Assembly: GCA_951828385.1 (NCBI GenBank)
Contig: OX639973.1
Span: forward strand, 2,241,561 to 2,305,560
From: an uncultured Poribacteria bacterium
GTDB lineage: Bacteria; Poribacteria; WGA-4E; WGA-3G
Reading direction: 5' to 3'
Length of the DNA stretch: 64,000 bases
Shown here: piece after piece, positions 1 through 10,756 of the stretch
Position numbering within the stretch: the first letter of the stretch is position 1
How the letters are laid out: every line of letters starts with the position of its first letter
Position numbers and translations under genes: made by a program
Notes under the pieces: model-generated
Seen by the model: the letters and a program-made list of their open reading frames with translations, nothing else
What the model was told of the DNA's origin: nothing
Databases searched by the model: none

Positions 1-3000
1 TCCTTGTCACGCTCCAATTTCTCTTCACTCGTCAGTAAGTGTGCGACGTAGACTTCGTCCTTAATCAGCATCACTTTATGAAGATATCTGATAGCGGCTT
101 TTGTGGCACGATAGTCGTGCGATTCTGAATCGTGGGCGTGAACCTGCTTTATCTTTTCGACATAACCGCGTGCGTAGTTAAGATTCTCAAACTGGACGAG
201 GTCGTAGACATAGAGTGCCAGGAGACGATGTGTGTTGTCCGAACCGGTGTTTAACGTCTCCACAGCACTTTCGACGAGTGTCGTATATTCTTGTGCCAGA
301 CGCTTTCCGCCACGTTTTCTCTCCAGAATCTGTCGTTTTGCAGAGAGCATTTCGGCATAACTTGACTGGCGCGGTACCGCATCCTCAAAGTGTTGGGTGT
401 CAAGCGCGAGCCGCCGTCCGACATTGAATGCTTTCATATTGGTCTCCAAATCGGCGTGCGGCACCATCTGCTTGAGTGCTAATTGAAGCGGTTCCAGTTC
501 AAGAGGTATCAATCGTCGTTGGAAGGCAGTCCCCAGGAGCATCATGTTTGCATACAACTTATTGCCGAACAACTCCTCAGAAACGGTGAACAGATCGATG
601 CCGAAATACGCGTCGGATTTGGTATGGGTCTGAAGGGTCTCTTCAAGCGTGTCCGGATCAAAATCGTCTTTGCCAATGAGGGTGGTTATTGTCTCAGTTT
701 TTGCGGTATTGACCACAGCAGCAGTACGCGCCGGGGATGCAACACGGAAAAGTGACCGCGGTGTGATGCCGCGAACCGCCTCTAAAATGTCGAGTCCTAA
801 CAGAAGATCCGCCTTGCCATACGGGATCATCGGCGATGTAGGAACACCGGGTTGCACATAAGCGATGTGTGTATAAACCCCACCGTTGCGAATTGCCAGC
901 CCTTTTCTATCACAGAACGTCACATCGTAGCCTTGGAGATACCCCGCAACGACAAGTACCTTGGAAATAGTCCCAATACCCATGCCACCGACCCCTGCAG
1001 CGTACGTATTCCAACTCCGCTCAAATGTTAGCGGTGGCGGCGGTGGTAAAGGCGTGTCACTCAAAAGGTTCTTGTAGACGGAAGCGACTGCCTGCTCTTG
1101 GGGGGGACGTTTGCGTGTGACGATAACCTCTTCAAAGGCTGGACACGCGTATTTAATCCGCGCACATGCCCCATCAGAGACGCAATTCGACTGGTCAATG
1201 GCAACCTTCTCGCCATAATCGGTATCAACGATTTTTAAACCGGGACACCCGGTAGCCGTGGTGCATTCCCGACAAAATTCGCAGACTTCAGGGGTGATGT
1301 TAATATGCTTCTCATGTTTCAGAAAACCATCTGTGGCTATAGTTTGGCGTTGTTCACGACGGAGGCGGCGCTGATAAGTAATCGCGCACTCTTTATCAGC
1401 AATGACAATTTTGACCCCCGGTTTAAGAATGGTTTTCTCAAGATATTTTTTATAGTTTACCCGATCTTCCGGATTCGTACGCACGATGTCTATTTCAGAG
1501 CTGCCAGCGAGCCCCTGGGCAACCAACTCAATATCCTGTGCAAACGTCGGATTACCGAGAATGTCAAGTTCACCCGCCGGTGTCGGTTGATGCCCTGTCA
1601 TTGCTGTTGTTTGGTTGTCTAAAATGATGTAGGCGATGTCTTGGTTGTTTTTGATTGAATCTGAAATCGCTGCCATCCCGCCATGGAAAAAGGTCGAATC
1701 GCCCATGAAGACGATCTGTTTGTTTTCGATAAACGGGTCAATGCCAGCCCCTGACCCGCCCCCTAATGCCATTGCGGAGAGGTTGTGCATCAAACGCGGA
1801 AACGGCTCATATTTGAGCATTGAGTAGCAACCGATATCACCGTGAAAGACGATATCTACCGGGCCTGAATCGTGATGCTTCTTCATATAGTCCGCATCCA
1901 TAAACTGTTTTGTGATTTCAAGGAAGACGCTTGAAGAATCGCGGTGTGGGCAGCCCGGGCAGAAGGTCGGTGTCCGTTGCGGGATAGCAATCTGTTGTTC
2001 GGCGACCGCCTTTTGGAGGGTCTCTTCGCCGGAAAAGTGTCTCAAATCAACGAGGGTGTCGGTCTCTTCCGAGGCAGCGGTGCGGGGTTCTGTGGCGAGG
2101 CGGTGTTTGAGAAGGGGGATGAGTTTCTGGATGAGGATAGACGCATCCAATCCTGAGGCTGCGGGAATGCCTGCTAAACCGTCGGGGAATTGTTTGCCCC
2201 AAACATTTACGTACCGTTTGATACCACCCGCTTGGTACATTTGCGTAAGAAATGCCTTAATTTCGTTTTCTAAGAGTGGGCGTTTCTCTTCAACGACGTA
2301 GATTTCGTCAACTTGTTCAGCAAACTCTCGGACGATATCCGCATCAATCGGATGGGTCATACCGAGTTTGAGAACCGGGATGTCGCCGTATAGATTCAAT
2401 TCTCCGAGTGCATGGAGCAGGCAGCTATGTGCCAAACCAGCACTAACAAACCCGAGAGGAAACCGCTTTTTACCGGAGGTATCCCGCGCAAACTGAATTT
2501 TATTGAGTCCGAGATGCCTTGCCGTTTCAAGAGCGGTAGGCAGCCGTTCCTGCAACGTTTCTGTCTCAATCTGGGCGGTATGCGGGGGTAAAACAACCCG
2601 TTTATCAGCATCAATGAGTTGGGTATCAAGATTCACGCGTTTCAGACCAGTGATGTCAGGATAAATGTTAGGCTGAAGTTCAACATTTCCGCCACCACTC
2701 GCCTGATTTTCAGTGGTTAAATAACAAACATAGAGGTCCGCTGCAGCCGAAATCTGGAAAGCACAGTTAACCCAATCTTTGAGTTCCTGAAATGTACTCG
2801 GTTCAATAAGGGGCGTATAGACATGTCGCGCCAAGAATCGTGAATCAGCCGGTACCTGCGTGCTGTGTGACCAAGTATCATCACCGACGACAACGACAGC
2901 CCCCTCAGTCGTCCCCGCAAGGTTACTAATCGCCAGCGCATCGGAGGCGACATGCAACCCGACGCTTTTCATGAACGCTATTGCGCGGACATCCGCCATC

Positions 3001-3237
3001 TGCGAGCCATTGAGACGCGCGATACTTAACGCTTCATTGTTGGCTATCTGCGCGACAATGCCGTTGGTTTTCAACAATTCTGCGTTACGTTGGATGACAT
3101 CAAATACTTCGGCAAGTGGGGAGCCGGGATACCCCGTAAGAAGGCTGACACCACTCTCTAAGGCACCTTTGACCAATAACTCGCACCCAGTATAGACATG
3201 CGTTCCGCTGGCTTGTATAAACCTGTCGTCCATATTT
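1..3237 (-). CDS. Fused indolepyruvate/2-oxoacid:ferredoxin oxidoreductase (IorA TPP domain + IorB-like C-terminal part). Partial: the 3' end runs off the window start.
   Basis: A stop-free minus frame runs from ATG 3235-3237 to position 1. It is absent from the ORF track because there is no in-window stop. My own translation gives MDDRFIQASGTHVYTGCELLVKGALESGVSLLTGYPGSP..., the TPP signature IVFMGDSTFFHGGMAAISDSIKNNQDIAYIILDNQTTAMTGHQPTP, and ferredoxin-like Cys motifs (CEFCRECTTATGCPG; C..DGAC). The SD AAGGAAAG lies 8 nt upstream. Plus-strand ORFs 1305-1622, 1636-1827, 1912-2301 and 2860-3195 are antisense artefacts. Confidence 0.8.
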
Positions 3238-3365
3238 TTAACTTTCCTTGTGGTTCAGTCAAGCGGGTTAGTTGCTTCAATCGCCTTTTCGTAACCCTGC
3301 TTCGCAGTGAGAACCATTTCATTACGGACTATCGTTTTGGTTTTCCATCAGAAACCCGATAAAGA

Positions 3366-5105
3366 CTATTTCTCAGACAGTAACTCTCGTGCATGTGCAA
3401 GCCCTATTTCCGTTTCTTTGCCACCGTGCATTCGGGCGATTTCGTTAACCTGTTCTTCCACCGCTAACGGTTTCGCGGTAATCAGAGCCCGTTCATCAAC
3501 AACCTTTTTTTCGACTCGGAAATGCTTGTCAGCAAAACGGGCGATCTGTGGAAGATGCGTAATACAAATCACCTGTGAGAACGCCGAGAGTTCCTTCAAT
3601 TTTTTGCCAACAACATCTGCGACCTTGCCGCCAATGCCGCTATCAATCTCATCGAAAAGCAGCGTCGGAATCTCATCGACTTGTACCAACACCGTCTTTA
3701 AAGCGAGCATGATCCGGGAGATCTCACCACCTGACGCGATTCTTACTATCGGTCGCGCTTCGGAGCCGACGTTCGGTGCAATCAAGAATTCCACAGCGTC
3801 CATCCCATCGGAACGAAATGCATAACGTTCACCCTCTACTTGAAACGGACCGCGTTCGTCTGGAATGTGTTCGACGGATGCCTGAAACTCTGCTTTGTCC
3901 ATGCCGAGCGTGCGGAGTTCCTTTTCAATCCGTTCTGAAAGATGCTTCGCGACGTGTCGCCGTTTCGTTGAGAGTGCTGTACACAGATGCTGCGCTTCTT
4001 GGATCGTTTCCTGAATCTCGCCTTGGAGCGACGCTTGTTTCTCTGAACCAAGTTGTAAGGTCTCCAATTTTTGTTCGGCTTCAGCATGGTATGTGAGTAT
4101 CTCGGAAATGGTGTTGCCATAACGCCGCTTCAGTTTCGCGATCAGCGCAAGGCGGTCGGCGATCTCGTCCAGCCGCCCTTGATTGAATTCCACGGTGTCT
4201 GCATACTGACGGATCTGTAAGGCGATATCTTCCAATTCGTAGAGCGATGATTCCAAACGCTCCCGCAATTCCGAGAGGCTGCCATCCATATCTGATAAGT
4301 CTATGAGCGCGTTCGCAACATCTTTCAGACGGTCAAGCGTAGACAAATCCCTTCCCATACCCCCGCCACCAAAACTTCCTGCTCGGTTGCTGCCATCCAG
4401 TTGTTCCCATACATAATTTGCTGACTGAGATAATTTCTCCGCATTTTTTAGTACCTGTGCTTCATCTGCCAACTTTTCGTCTTCACCTTCCTCCAAATCC
4501 GCCGTGGTCAGTTCGTTAATTTCAAATGCAAGGAGATCTTTTTCGCGTTCTGATGCAGCCAAAGTGTCCGCGAGGGCTGCCGCCTCTTGTTGCAAAACAC
4601 TGAGTTGCGTGTATAACTTGCTAACCTGTTGCCTCGCCTCACTGCTTCCACCGAAATCGTCCAAAAGTTTGAGATGTGTTTCGGTCCGAAATAGCGATTG
4701 ATGTTCGTGTTGCCCGTGGATGTCAACAAGCAGTGTTCCGAGTTCTTGCAACTGCTTTAAATTCACCAAACGCCCGTTGATATGGCAGCGGCTCCTACCG
4801 TTGGCACTAATTTGCCTTGAAAGAATCACCACATCGGAGGGGTCCAACACATCGTTAAATGCAAAATCGGTGTGCCACATCGGATGCGTATCGTCAGGCG
4901 CGACACTCGCTTCTACCTTTGCAAAATCGGTACCTTCGCGTACAACATCGGCGGAGGCTCTCTCACCTAACACCAATCCAATCGACTTGAGGATAACCGA
5001 TTTACCGGCACCGGTCTCACCTGTAAAAATATTCAATCCGGGTGCCAGTTCCAAGTCAAGTTCATCTATGAGGGCAATGTTGCGGATAGAGAGTGTTTCT
5101 ATCAT
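3366..5105 (-). CDS. recN: DNA repair protein RecN
   Basis: 579 aa. N-terminal Walker A (NIFTGETGAGKS), long coiled-coil middle, C-terminal SMC signature/Walker B region (LLFDEIDSGIGG). Lies downstream of nadK, as in many bacteria. Confidence 0.9.
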   Translation of the reverse strand: MIETLSIRNIALIDELDLELAPGLNIFTGETGAGKSVILKSIGLVLGERASADVVREGTDFAKVEASVAPDDTHPMWHTDFAFNDVLDPSDVVILSRQISANGRSRCHINGRLVNLKQLQELGTLLVDIHGQHEHQSLFRTETHLKLLDDFGGSSEARQQVSKLYTQLSVLQQEAAALADTLAASEREKDLLAFEINELTTADLEEGEDEKLADEAQVLKNAEKLSQSANYVWEQLDGSNRAGSFGGGGMGRDLSTLDRLKDVANALIDLSDMDGSLSELRERLESSLYELEDIALQIRQYADTVEFNQGRLDEIADRLALIAKLKRRYGNTISEILTYHAEAEQKLETLQLGSEKQASLQGEIQETIQEAQHLCTALSTKRRHVAKHLSERIEKELRTLGMDKAEFQASVEHIPDERGPFQVEGERYAFRSDGMDAVEFLIAPNVGSEARPIVRIASGGEISRIMLALKTVLVQVDEIPTLLFDEIDSGIGGKVADVVGKKLKELSAFSQVICITHLPQIARFADKHFRVEKKVVDERALITAKPLAVEEQVNEIARMHGGKETEIGLAHARELLSEK

Positions 5106-5148
5106 TATAGTTTTCGGTTGTCAGTTTTCAGTTAAAGAGGTCTATCTC

Positions 5149-6153
5149 TTAACTGACACCTATTCCCAACATTAGTTTTTCACGCAAGGCTCTATAGTAA
5201 CTATGATGTCGCGAACGGATCAGTTGAATTGTCCGTTCTGCTCTCTCCACTCTTATGACTGCACCTGCAGTGAGGCTGTGCGTCTCGCGCTGTCCATCGA
5301 CAAAAACATCGACGCTCTGATACGCCGCACGCATCTTGACGGTTACCTCAGCATTACCATCAGCGATAAAGGGGCGCACGGTCAAACTATGCGGGGCAAT
5401 AGGCGTTAGAAGGATCGCCTCTAACTGCGGGGCAACGATCGTACCAGCACAAGAGAGCGAATATCCAGTCGAACCACTCGGCGTTGCGATTATCAATCCA
5501 TCAGCATTATACGGTATAAAGAGTTCGTCGTCAATATACGCGTCTAATTCAATGAGGCGCGTATAGTGCCGAATAACGACATCGTTGAGCGCGAAAGCCC
5601 GGAACGGTTTTTTTAATTTTCCTTGCGGTTCGGTAAAGTGGGTTTCGCCCTTCACGGTCCTGTCCGTATATCCGCCCTCCATTTCATTATGGGCTATGGT
5701 TTTATTAGCATCTGCAATTTCTTCTTCCGATTCGGTCAGGTCTACTTGGGGCTGCCCATCCACAACAACTTCTAACATCATACGATGTTCTACCCGATAG
5801 TCCCCTGCTAAGGTCGCCTTCAAAGTCGGATAAAGTTGGTCAAGCGATGCATCCGTCAAAAACCCAAGCGTCCCAATATTAATCGCCAAGATAGGTACAT
5901 TCTCAATCTGTGGTGTATGTGCTGCGCTCAGGAGTGTCCCATCTCCACCCAGAACGAGAAGCATATCTGCTTGTTCAACGACCTCCGTTTTGGAGATACC
6001 GGTTTGCGGATACCCTAATTCAACGGCTTGTTCCTCTGGGAGCAGCGGGATAATACCGCGTTCTTTAAGCCACGTAGACACATCTTTGACGATGCCTGCC
6101 GCGTTCGCTTTGGTAGTATTAACAAAAAAACCGACTTTTTTTATTTCTTTCAT
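5149..6153 (-). CDS. nadK: NAD kinase (PpnK/NadK) with a C-terminal extension
   Basis: 334 aa with GGDGT motif (MLLVLGGDGTLLSAAH) and NE/DGLIIATPSGSTGYSLSAGG-like motif (DGLIIATPSGSTGYSLSCAG). Confidence 0.85.
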   Translation of the reverse strand: MKEIKKVGFFVNTTKANAAGIVKDVSTWLKERGIIPLLPEEQAVELGYPQTGISKTEVVEQADMLLVLGGDGTLLSAAHTPQIENVPILAINIGTLGFLTDASLDQLYPTLKATLAGDYRVEHRMMLEVVVDGQPQVDLTESEEEIADANKTIAHNEMEGGYTDRTVKGETHFTEPQGKLKKPFRAFALNDVVIRHYTRLIELDAYIDDELFIPYNADGLIIATPSGSTGYSLSCAGTIVAPQLEAILLTPIAPHSLTVRPFIADGNAEVTVKMRAAYQSVDVFVDGQRETHSLTAGAVIRVERAERTIQLIRSRHHSYYRALREKLMLGIGVS

Positions 6154-6183
6154 CTATATAGGCTACCCGTAAACAGATCGTCC

Positions 6184-7212
6184 TTAATGCTCCAAGCGTG
6201 TAAATAAAAGGATAACGCCACCGCCGACAAGAAAAGCTCCCACAGTGATGAGCAGGTTCATATCGAGCTGCGGTAATATGTGAGCGGTATCTACGCGTTC
6301 CCCATCAACCATTGCGAACTCGCGAAAGGGCCATAATCCGTAAAGTGAACCCACCATCAATCCGATAAGAAAGGCAACTGTGAGGTTGCGGTACCGTTCC
6401 AACAAATAATTAAGCAACCGTGTAAATGCCAGAAGTCCGAACAGACATCCGAGCGCAGCGAAAGCGAGTATCAGAACACTGCCTAACGTCGCCTCGGTTA
6501 AAGTCCCGTTGATCAACCCTGGAACACCCTCTATCAGGGTATTTATCGCCGTTAGGAGCGGAAAATAGACCCCGAGTGCAAGCATCAGAAAAGAACCGCT
6601 GATACCGGGCAGGATCATCGCTGAAATTGCGAGTACCCCGCTTCCAAAAAAGAGTCCAAGTTCCCAATACGTTGGAAACCCATCCGTGTGTCCTGCACTG
6701 TCATCCATCACTGCCGCGTTCCCGGTTTTATAGGCAATCCGTTCTAACTGCTTTTCGTCTGTACCAATAGAGAGGCTTAATATCAGCGCAACGGCGATCA
6801 ATAGGACTAACAATTCCTTCCAGCCGAACGCTTTTAGCATTCGCAACGGGACGAGGATAGATGTTAAGATCAATCCGCTAAAGAAACCGTAAGTCGCGTC
6901 ATGATGGTTGTTCAACAGATAGACAATCAGTTTCGATGTAAGCAATAGGGCAGCGATCGCGCCGATGCCTAACAGTGCAAGAAAACCGAAGTCAATACGG
7001 CGAAGTTCGGTGCCTGCTTCCGTGAAGGCAGATTTTTTGAATCTTAGGACCCCGAGTAATTTTTTAACCGTTGAAAACCCGATGCACCGTAATGCGCCGA
7101 TGAGTCGTTCATAGATTCCCAAAACGAGCGCAAGGGTCCCACCACTCATACCGGGAATAATATTGGCAATGCCTATCAGAAATCCGTTAGCAAGAAGTCG
7201 GAGTGAATTCAT
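6184..7212 (-). CDS. DUF368-family polytopic membrane protein
   Basis: 342 aa, many TM helices, duplicated IPGxSGG motifs (IIPGMSGGTLALVLG; ILPGISGSFLMLALG) typical of DUF368/COG2035. Confidence 0.7.
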   Translation of the reverse strand: MNSLRLLANGFLIGIANIIPGMSGGTLALVLGIYERLIGALRCIGFSTVKKLLGVLRFKKSAFTEAGTELRRIDFGFLALLGIGAIAALLLTSKLIVYLLNNHHDATYGFFSGLILTSILVPLRMLKAFGWKELLVLLIAVALILSLSIGTDEKQLERIAYKTGNAAVMDDSAGHTDGFPTYWELGLFFGSGVLAISAMILPGISGSFLMLALGVYFPLLTAINTLIEGVPGLINGTLTEATLGSVLILAFAALGCLFGLLAFTRLLNYLLERYRNLTVAFLIGLMVGSLYGLWPFREFAMVDGERVDTAHILPQLDMNLLITVGAFLVGGGVILLFTRLEH

Positions 7213-7574
7213 ATTTTAGGTGTCAATTACCCCATCTGACGGTATACGCGTTGACCCTTGAGTCCCCTATCCGCGTGATACTCATGTCAAGCTGCTATTT
7301 ATGATAAATAACCGTTTTAGAACTTTACACGACAGCAACGCTATCACGAGCTTAGCAACCAAAGCCTCTGTAGCAACCTTATACTCTGGTATTTAATTAT
7401 ACTACAAATTTAATTTAAAGGAAAGTCAAATTATTTTTCAAAATAGATATAGATTAATTGCGGCGTACTCGTCCAAACGCGATCAGCATTCCTAACCGCC
7501 TGGGAACCAAAAAAAAGCGCGAAACCTGATAAATCCTTAAAACTAAATGCGCCTAATTATTGATGAAATTTACC

Positions 7575-7603
7575 TTGCTTTCTTAACAAAGTTATAGTAT
7601 AAT
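7575..7603 (+). promoter_or_regulatory. Candidate sigma70-type promoter for uvrA (TTGCTT-17 bp-TATAAT). A GTTA-N12-TAAC palindrome overlaps the -10.
   Basis: Read directly: ttgctt(7575-7580) tcttaacaaagttatag tataat(7598-7603), about 50 nt upstream of the uvrA SD AGGAGG. Lies in an AT-rich 440-bp divergent intergenic region. Confidence 0.4.
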
Positions 7604-7652
7604 TAGTAACAGAAAATTCTCTATTTTTTAACAACAAAATTAGGAGGCATGT

Positions 7653-10523
7653 ATGAGACAGACTGTCGCCGTTAAAGGCGCGCGAGAAAACAATCTACAA
7701 AACATTGAACTTGAGATTCCACGAGACCAACTCGTTGTTGTTACTGGCATCAGCGGTTCGGGTAAATCTTCATTAGCATTTGATACTGTTTACGCTGAAG
7801 GACAGCGTCGATTCCTCGAATCGATGTCCACGTACGCCAAACGCTTTATTACACAACTCAAAAAACCAGATGTTGATTTCATTGACGGCTTGTCCCCTGT
7901 GGTCTCTATTGAACAGAAAACAATTACGATGAACCCGCGCTCCACTGTTGGAACGATGACCGATTTGCAGGACTATCTCCGCATGCTCTTCGCAACGATC
8001 GGTGTTGCGCATTGCCCCTATTGTGAAGTCGAAATTCCCATCCGCTCACACTATCAGATGTTGGAACGGATGCTCTCCCTGCCAGAAGACACTGAGGTAG
8101 AGATTCACGCACCAGTCTTCAAAATCTACGGTGAAGATTACGATTACCTTTTTGACGACATTCGCACGAAAGGATGCAGACACGTCAAAATTGACGGCAT
8201 TGAACACGACATCAGCGAGGAAATTGAACTCGATCCAGATCAGGAATACGACCTCCAAGTGATTGTTGACAAATTCTATGTTAAAAAGGATATTGATAAA
8301 CAGGTGCTCGCCTCCCTTGAACACGCGATGCTCGTCGGCGAAGGCTTCATGCGATTTGATGTCCAGCTTCCCGAAGATGCCGAACCGGACGCAATAGAGC
8401 GGTTGGAAGGTTTCGGATGTCCGAAACATGGGATAATCATGGCTGAACTCGGACCGCATCACTTTACCTTTAACGAACCGACCGGTGCCTGTGTAACCTG
8501 CTCAGGGCTTGGCACTTACTTACAGGTGCATCCGAATTTACTCGTTCCTGACAGGACCCGGAGTATCGTCAAGGGCGCATTCGTCCACCAAGCTTTTAAC
8601 TACGATCCGGATAGATGGGACGGCAGGACAATGTACAGCCTCGCCGCACACTACGGGTTTGATCTTGACACACCTTTTGACGATTTACCAGAGAATGTTA
8701 TTGATATCCTCTATCACGGCACACACGGCGAAGAATTCCCGATCCAGCAGCCAGAAGGTGCAAGACCTGTTGAGAAACGCCACCTCGGTAGAAAAATCCG
8801 TTTTGATGGCATCATTACCCGTATTGACAGACACTATCGTCGTTACCGGAAACAGGGTGAGGCACACTCCGGTATGGAAGAGTATCTCCGAAAAGTGATG
8901 GTAGAACGCACCTGTCCGGATTGTGACGGTGCCAAACTTAAGCGACAACGGCTCCTTGTGACTATTGACGGCCAAACCATCCACGAAGTCGGCGAACTGC
9001 ATTTCGAGGAATTGCGGGATTTTCTGTTAACTGTCACAGGTATTCCCGAAAAACAGCGAGAAGCAGGCAAGCGCGTCATTAATGAACTTGTGACGCGAAT
9101 TAACCTCCTCCTCGGCATCGGGCTTGACTATCTCAACCTCAATCGTCGTTCTGCAACGCTCTCCGGCGGTGAATCGCAGCGTATCCGTCTCTCTACACAG
9201 ATCGGATCCGGGCTGATGGGCATGCTCTATGTCCTTGATGAACCGAGTATCGGTTTGCATCCGAAGGACAATGCTAAGATGATAGAGACCTTACGGAAAC
9301 TGCGGGACATCGGCAACACTGTTATCGTCGTTGAACACGATGAAAGCACAATTCGCGCCGCAGATCACATCATTGAACTCGGACCGGGACCCGGTGTCCA
9401 CGGCGGGCAGGTCGTCGTTCAAGGTGAACTTAAAACGATACTTGACTGCACCGAATCTTTGACGGGGCTCTATTTGAGTGGCAAACGAGAGATCCCGATG
9501 CCAGACCAACGCCGCGGCTTAAACGGTAAGTTCCTGAGTATTACTGGTGCCAGAGAAAACAACCTCAGAAGCATTGATGTGGATATTCCGGTGGGTGTCT
9601 TTATCTGCGTTACCGGTGCTTCCGGTTCTGGCAAGAGTACCCTCGTCAACGAGATTCTCTATAAGAGATTACATTCTATCTATCATGACAGTCGGACGCT
9701 CTACGGTACACACGATGAACTTGAAGGGCACGAACACGTCAGCGATGTGATTAGCATCGATCAGTCACCCATCGGGCGTTCCGCGCGTTCTAATCCTGCC
9801 ACATACATCAAGTTTTACGATAATATCCGCAAACTTTTTGCCAGCACACCACTCTCGCTCTCAAGAGGTTATACCGCCTCACGGTTCAGTTTCAACGTCA
9901 AAGGTGGACGCTGTGAAGAATGCCAAGGTGAAGGCACGATTACCACGCAGCTTCACTTTATGCCGGATGTAGAGGTCGTGTGTCCAACCTGTAAAGGTGC
10001 ACGTTACAATGAAGATACGCTTGACGTTACTTATAACGGCAAGAATATCTCTGAGATCCTTAATATGTCAATTGAGGAAGGCGTTGATTTTTTCGCCGAT
10101 CAGCGGTTGATTAACCATAAATTGGGTGTCTTAAACCAGCTCGGTATGGGGTATCTTCAGATCGGACACCCTGCCACGATCCTCTCCGGTGGCGAAGCAC
10201 AGCGGATAAAGTTGGCAAGCGAACTCGGCAAACTCAAGCGCGGTAAGCACAATTTGTATATTTTAGATGAACCCACTACTGGACTTCACCTTGCAGATGT
10301 GCAGAAACTCTTGGACAGCCTCAACCGTCTCGTCGATAACGGACATACTGTGCTTGTGATTGAGCATCATCTGGATGTCATCAAAACCGCAGATTACGTC
10401 ATCGACCTCGGGCCCGAGGGTGGTCATAAAGGCGGGGATGTTTTAGCGTGCGGTACCCCTGAAGAGGTCGCAGCAGTCGAAGCCTCCTTCACTGGGCAAT
10501 TTTTGAGGGAATATCTCATTTAA
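7653..10523 (+). CDS. uvrA: Excinuclease ABC subunit A (UvrA)
   Basis: 956 aa. Two ABC ATPase modules ([14 protein letters not shown]; [13 protein letters not shown]), zinc-finger Cys clusters (CPYC; CPDCDG; [14 protein letters not shown]), signature LSGGE motifs. Confidence 0.95.
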   Translation: MRQTVAVKGARENNLQNIELEIPRDQLVVVTGISGSGKSSLAFDTVYAEGQRRFLESMSTYAKRFITQLKKPDVDFIDGLSPVVSIEQKTITMNPRSTVGTMTDLQDYLRMLFATIGVAHCPYCEVEIPIRSHYQMLERMLSLPEDTEVEIHAPVFKIYGEDYDYLFDDIRTKGCRHVKIDGIEHDISEEIELDPDQEYDLQVIVDKFYVKKDIDKQVLASLEHAMLVGEGFMRFDVQLPEDAEPDAIERLEGFGCPKHGIIMAELGPHHFTFNEPTGACVTCSGLGTYLQVHPNLLVPDRTRSIVKGAFVHQAFNYDPDRWDGRTMYSLAAHYGFDLDTPFDDLPENVIDILYHGTHGEEFPIQQPEGARPVEKRHLGRKIRFDGIITRIDRHYRRYRKQGEAHSGMEEYLRKVMVERTCPDCDGAKLKRQRLLVTIDGQTIHEVGELHFEELRDFLLTVTGIPEKQREAGKRVINELVTRINLLLGIGLDYLNLNRRSATLSGGESQRIRLSTQIGSGLMGMLYVLDEPSIGLHPKDNAKMIETLRKLRDIGNTVIVVEHDESTIRAADHIIELGPGPGVHGGQVVVQGELKTILDCTESLTGLYLSGKREIPMPDQRRGLNGKFLSITGARENNLRSIDVDIPVGVFICVTGASGSGKSTLVNEILYKRLHSIYHDSRTLYGTHDELEGHEHVSDVISIDQSPIGRSARSNPATYIKFYDNIRKLFASTPLSLSRGYTASRFSFNVKGGRCEECQGEGTITTQLHFMPDVEVVCPTCKGARYNEDTLDVTYNGKNISEILNMSIEEGVDFFADQRLINHKLGVLNQLGMGYLQIGHPATILSGGEAQRIKLASELGKLKRGKHNLYILDEPTTGLHLADVQKLLDSLNRLVDNGHTVLVIEHHLDVIKTADYVIDLGPEGGHKGGDVLACGTPEEVAAVEASFTGQFLREYLI

Positions 10524-10756
10524 GCGAACGCATCACCTGTGCCGGTAGCCTACATCTCTCGTCGTGCACCGACTGCAGGTGATGCCTTGTCACCTGTTCA
10601 TAAAACCGTGTTCTGCAATTTTCCCCTTGTAAAATTAATTCTAAATCGTATATACTTTAATAGCATGAAATTAAGGCACTGTACCGGATGCTTGTAAACC
10701 TGTTACGGCAGCCCGGTGGGTCCCTCTTTAAAATACTACGAGATAAGGGGTAGAAC

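Noticed and set aside
1305-3195. Plus-strand ORFs 1305-1622, 1636-1827, 1912-2301, 2860-3195 and minus ORFs 2396-2629, 2717-2953
   Set aside because: They lie antisense or out of frame within one long stop-free minus-strand frame. That frame encodes a well-conserved IorAB-type oxidoreductase whose stop falls outside the window. The small ORFs have low-complexity, non-protein-like translations.
8046-9509. Minus-strand ORFs inside uvrA (8046-8462, 8685-9002, 8843-9118, 9027-9260, 9291-9509)
   Set aside because: They lie antisense to a highly conserved uvrA reading frame and have no RBS. They are typical spurious ORFs in a moderately GC-rich gene.
10529-10585. Terminator hairpin after uvrA (GCATCACCTG...CAGGTGATGC)
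   Set aside because: The 10-bp stem encloses a 36-nt loop and is not followed by a T-tract. This is too weak to call an intrinsic terminator. It could be a regulatory inverted repeat, but there is no supporting evidence.
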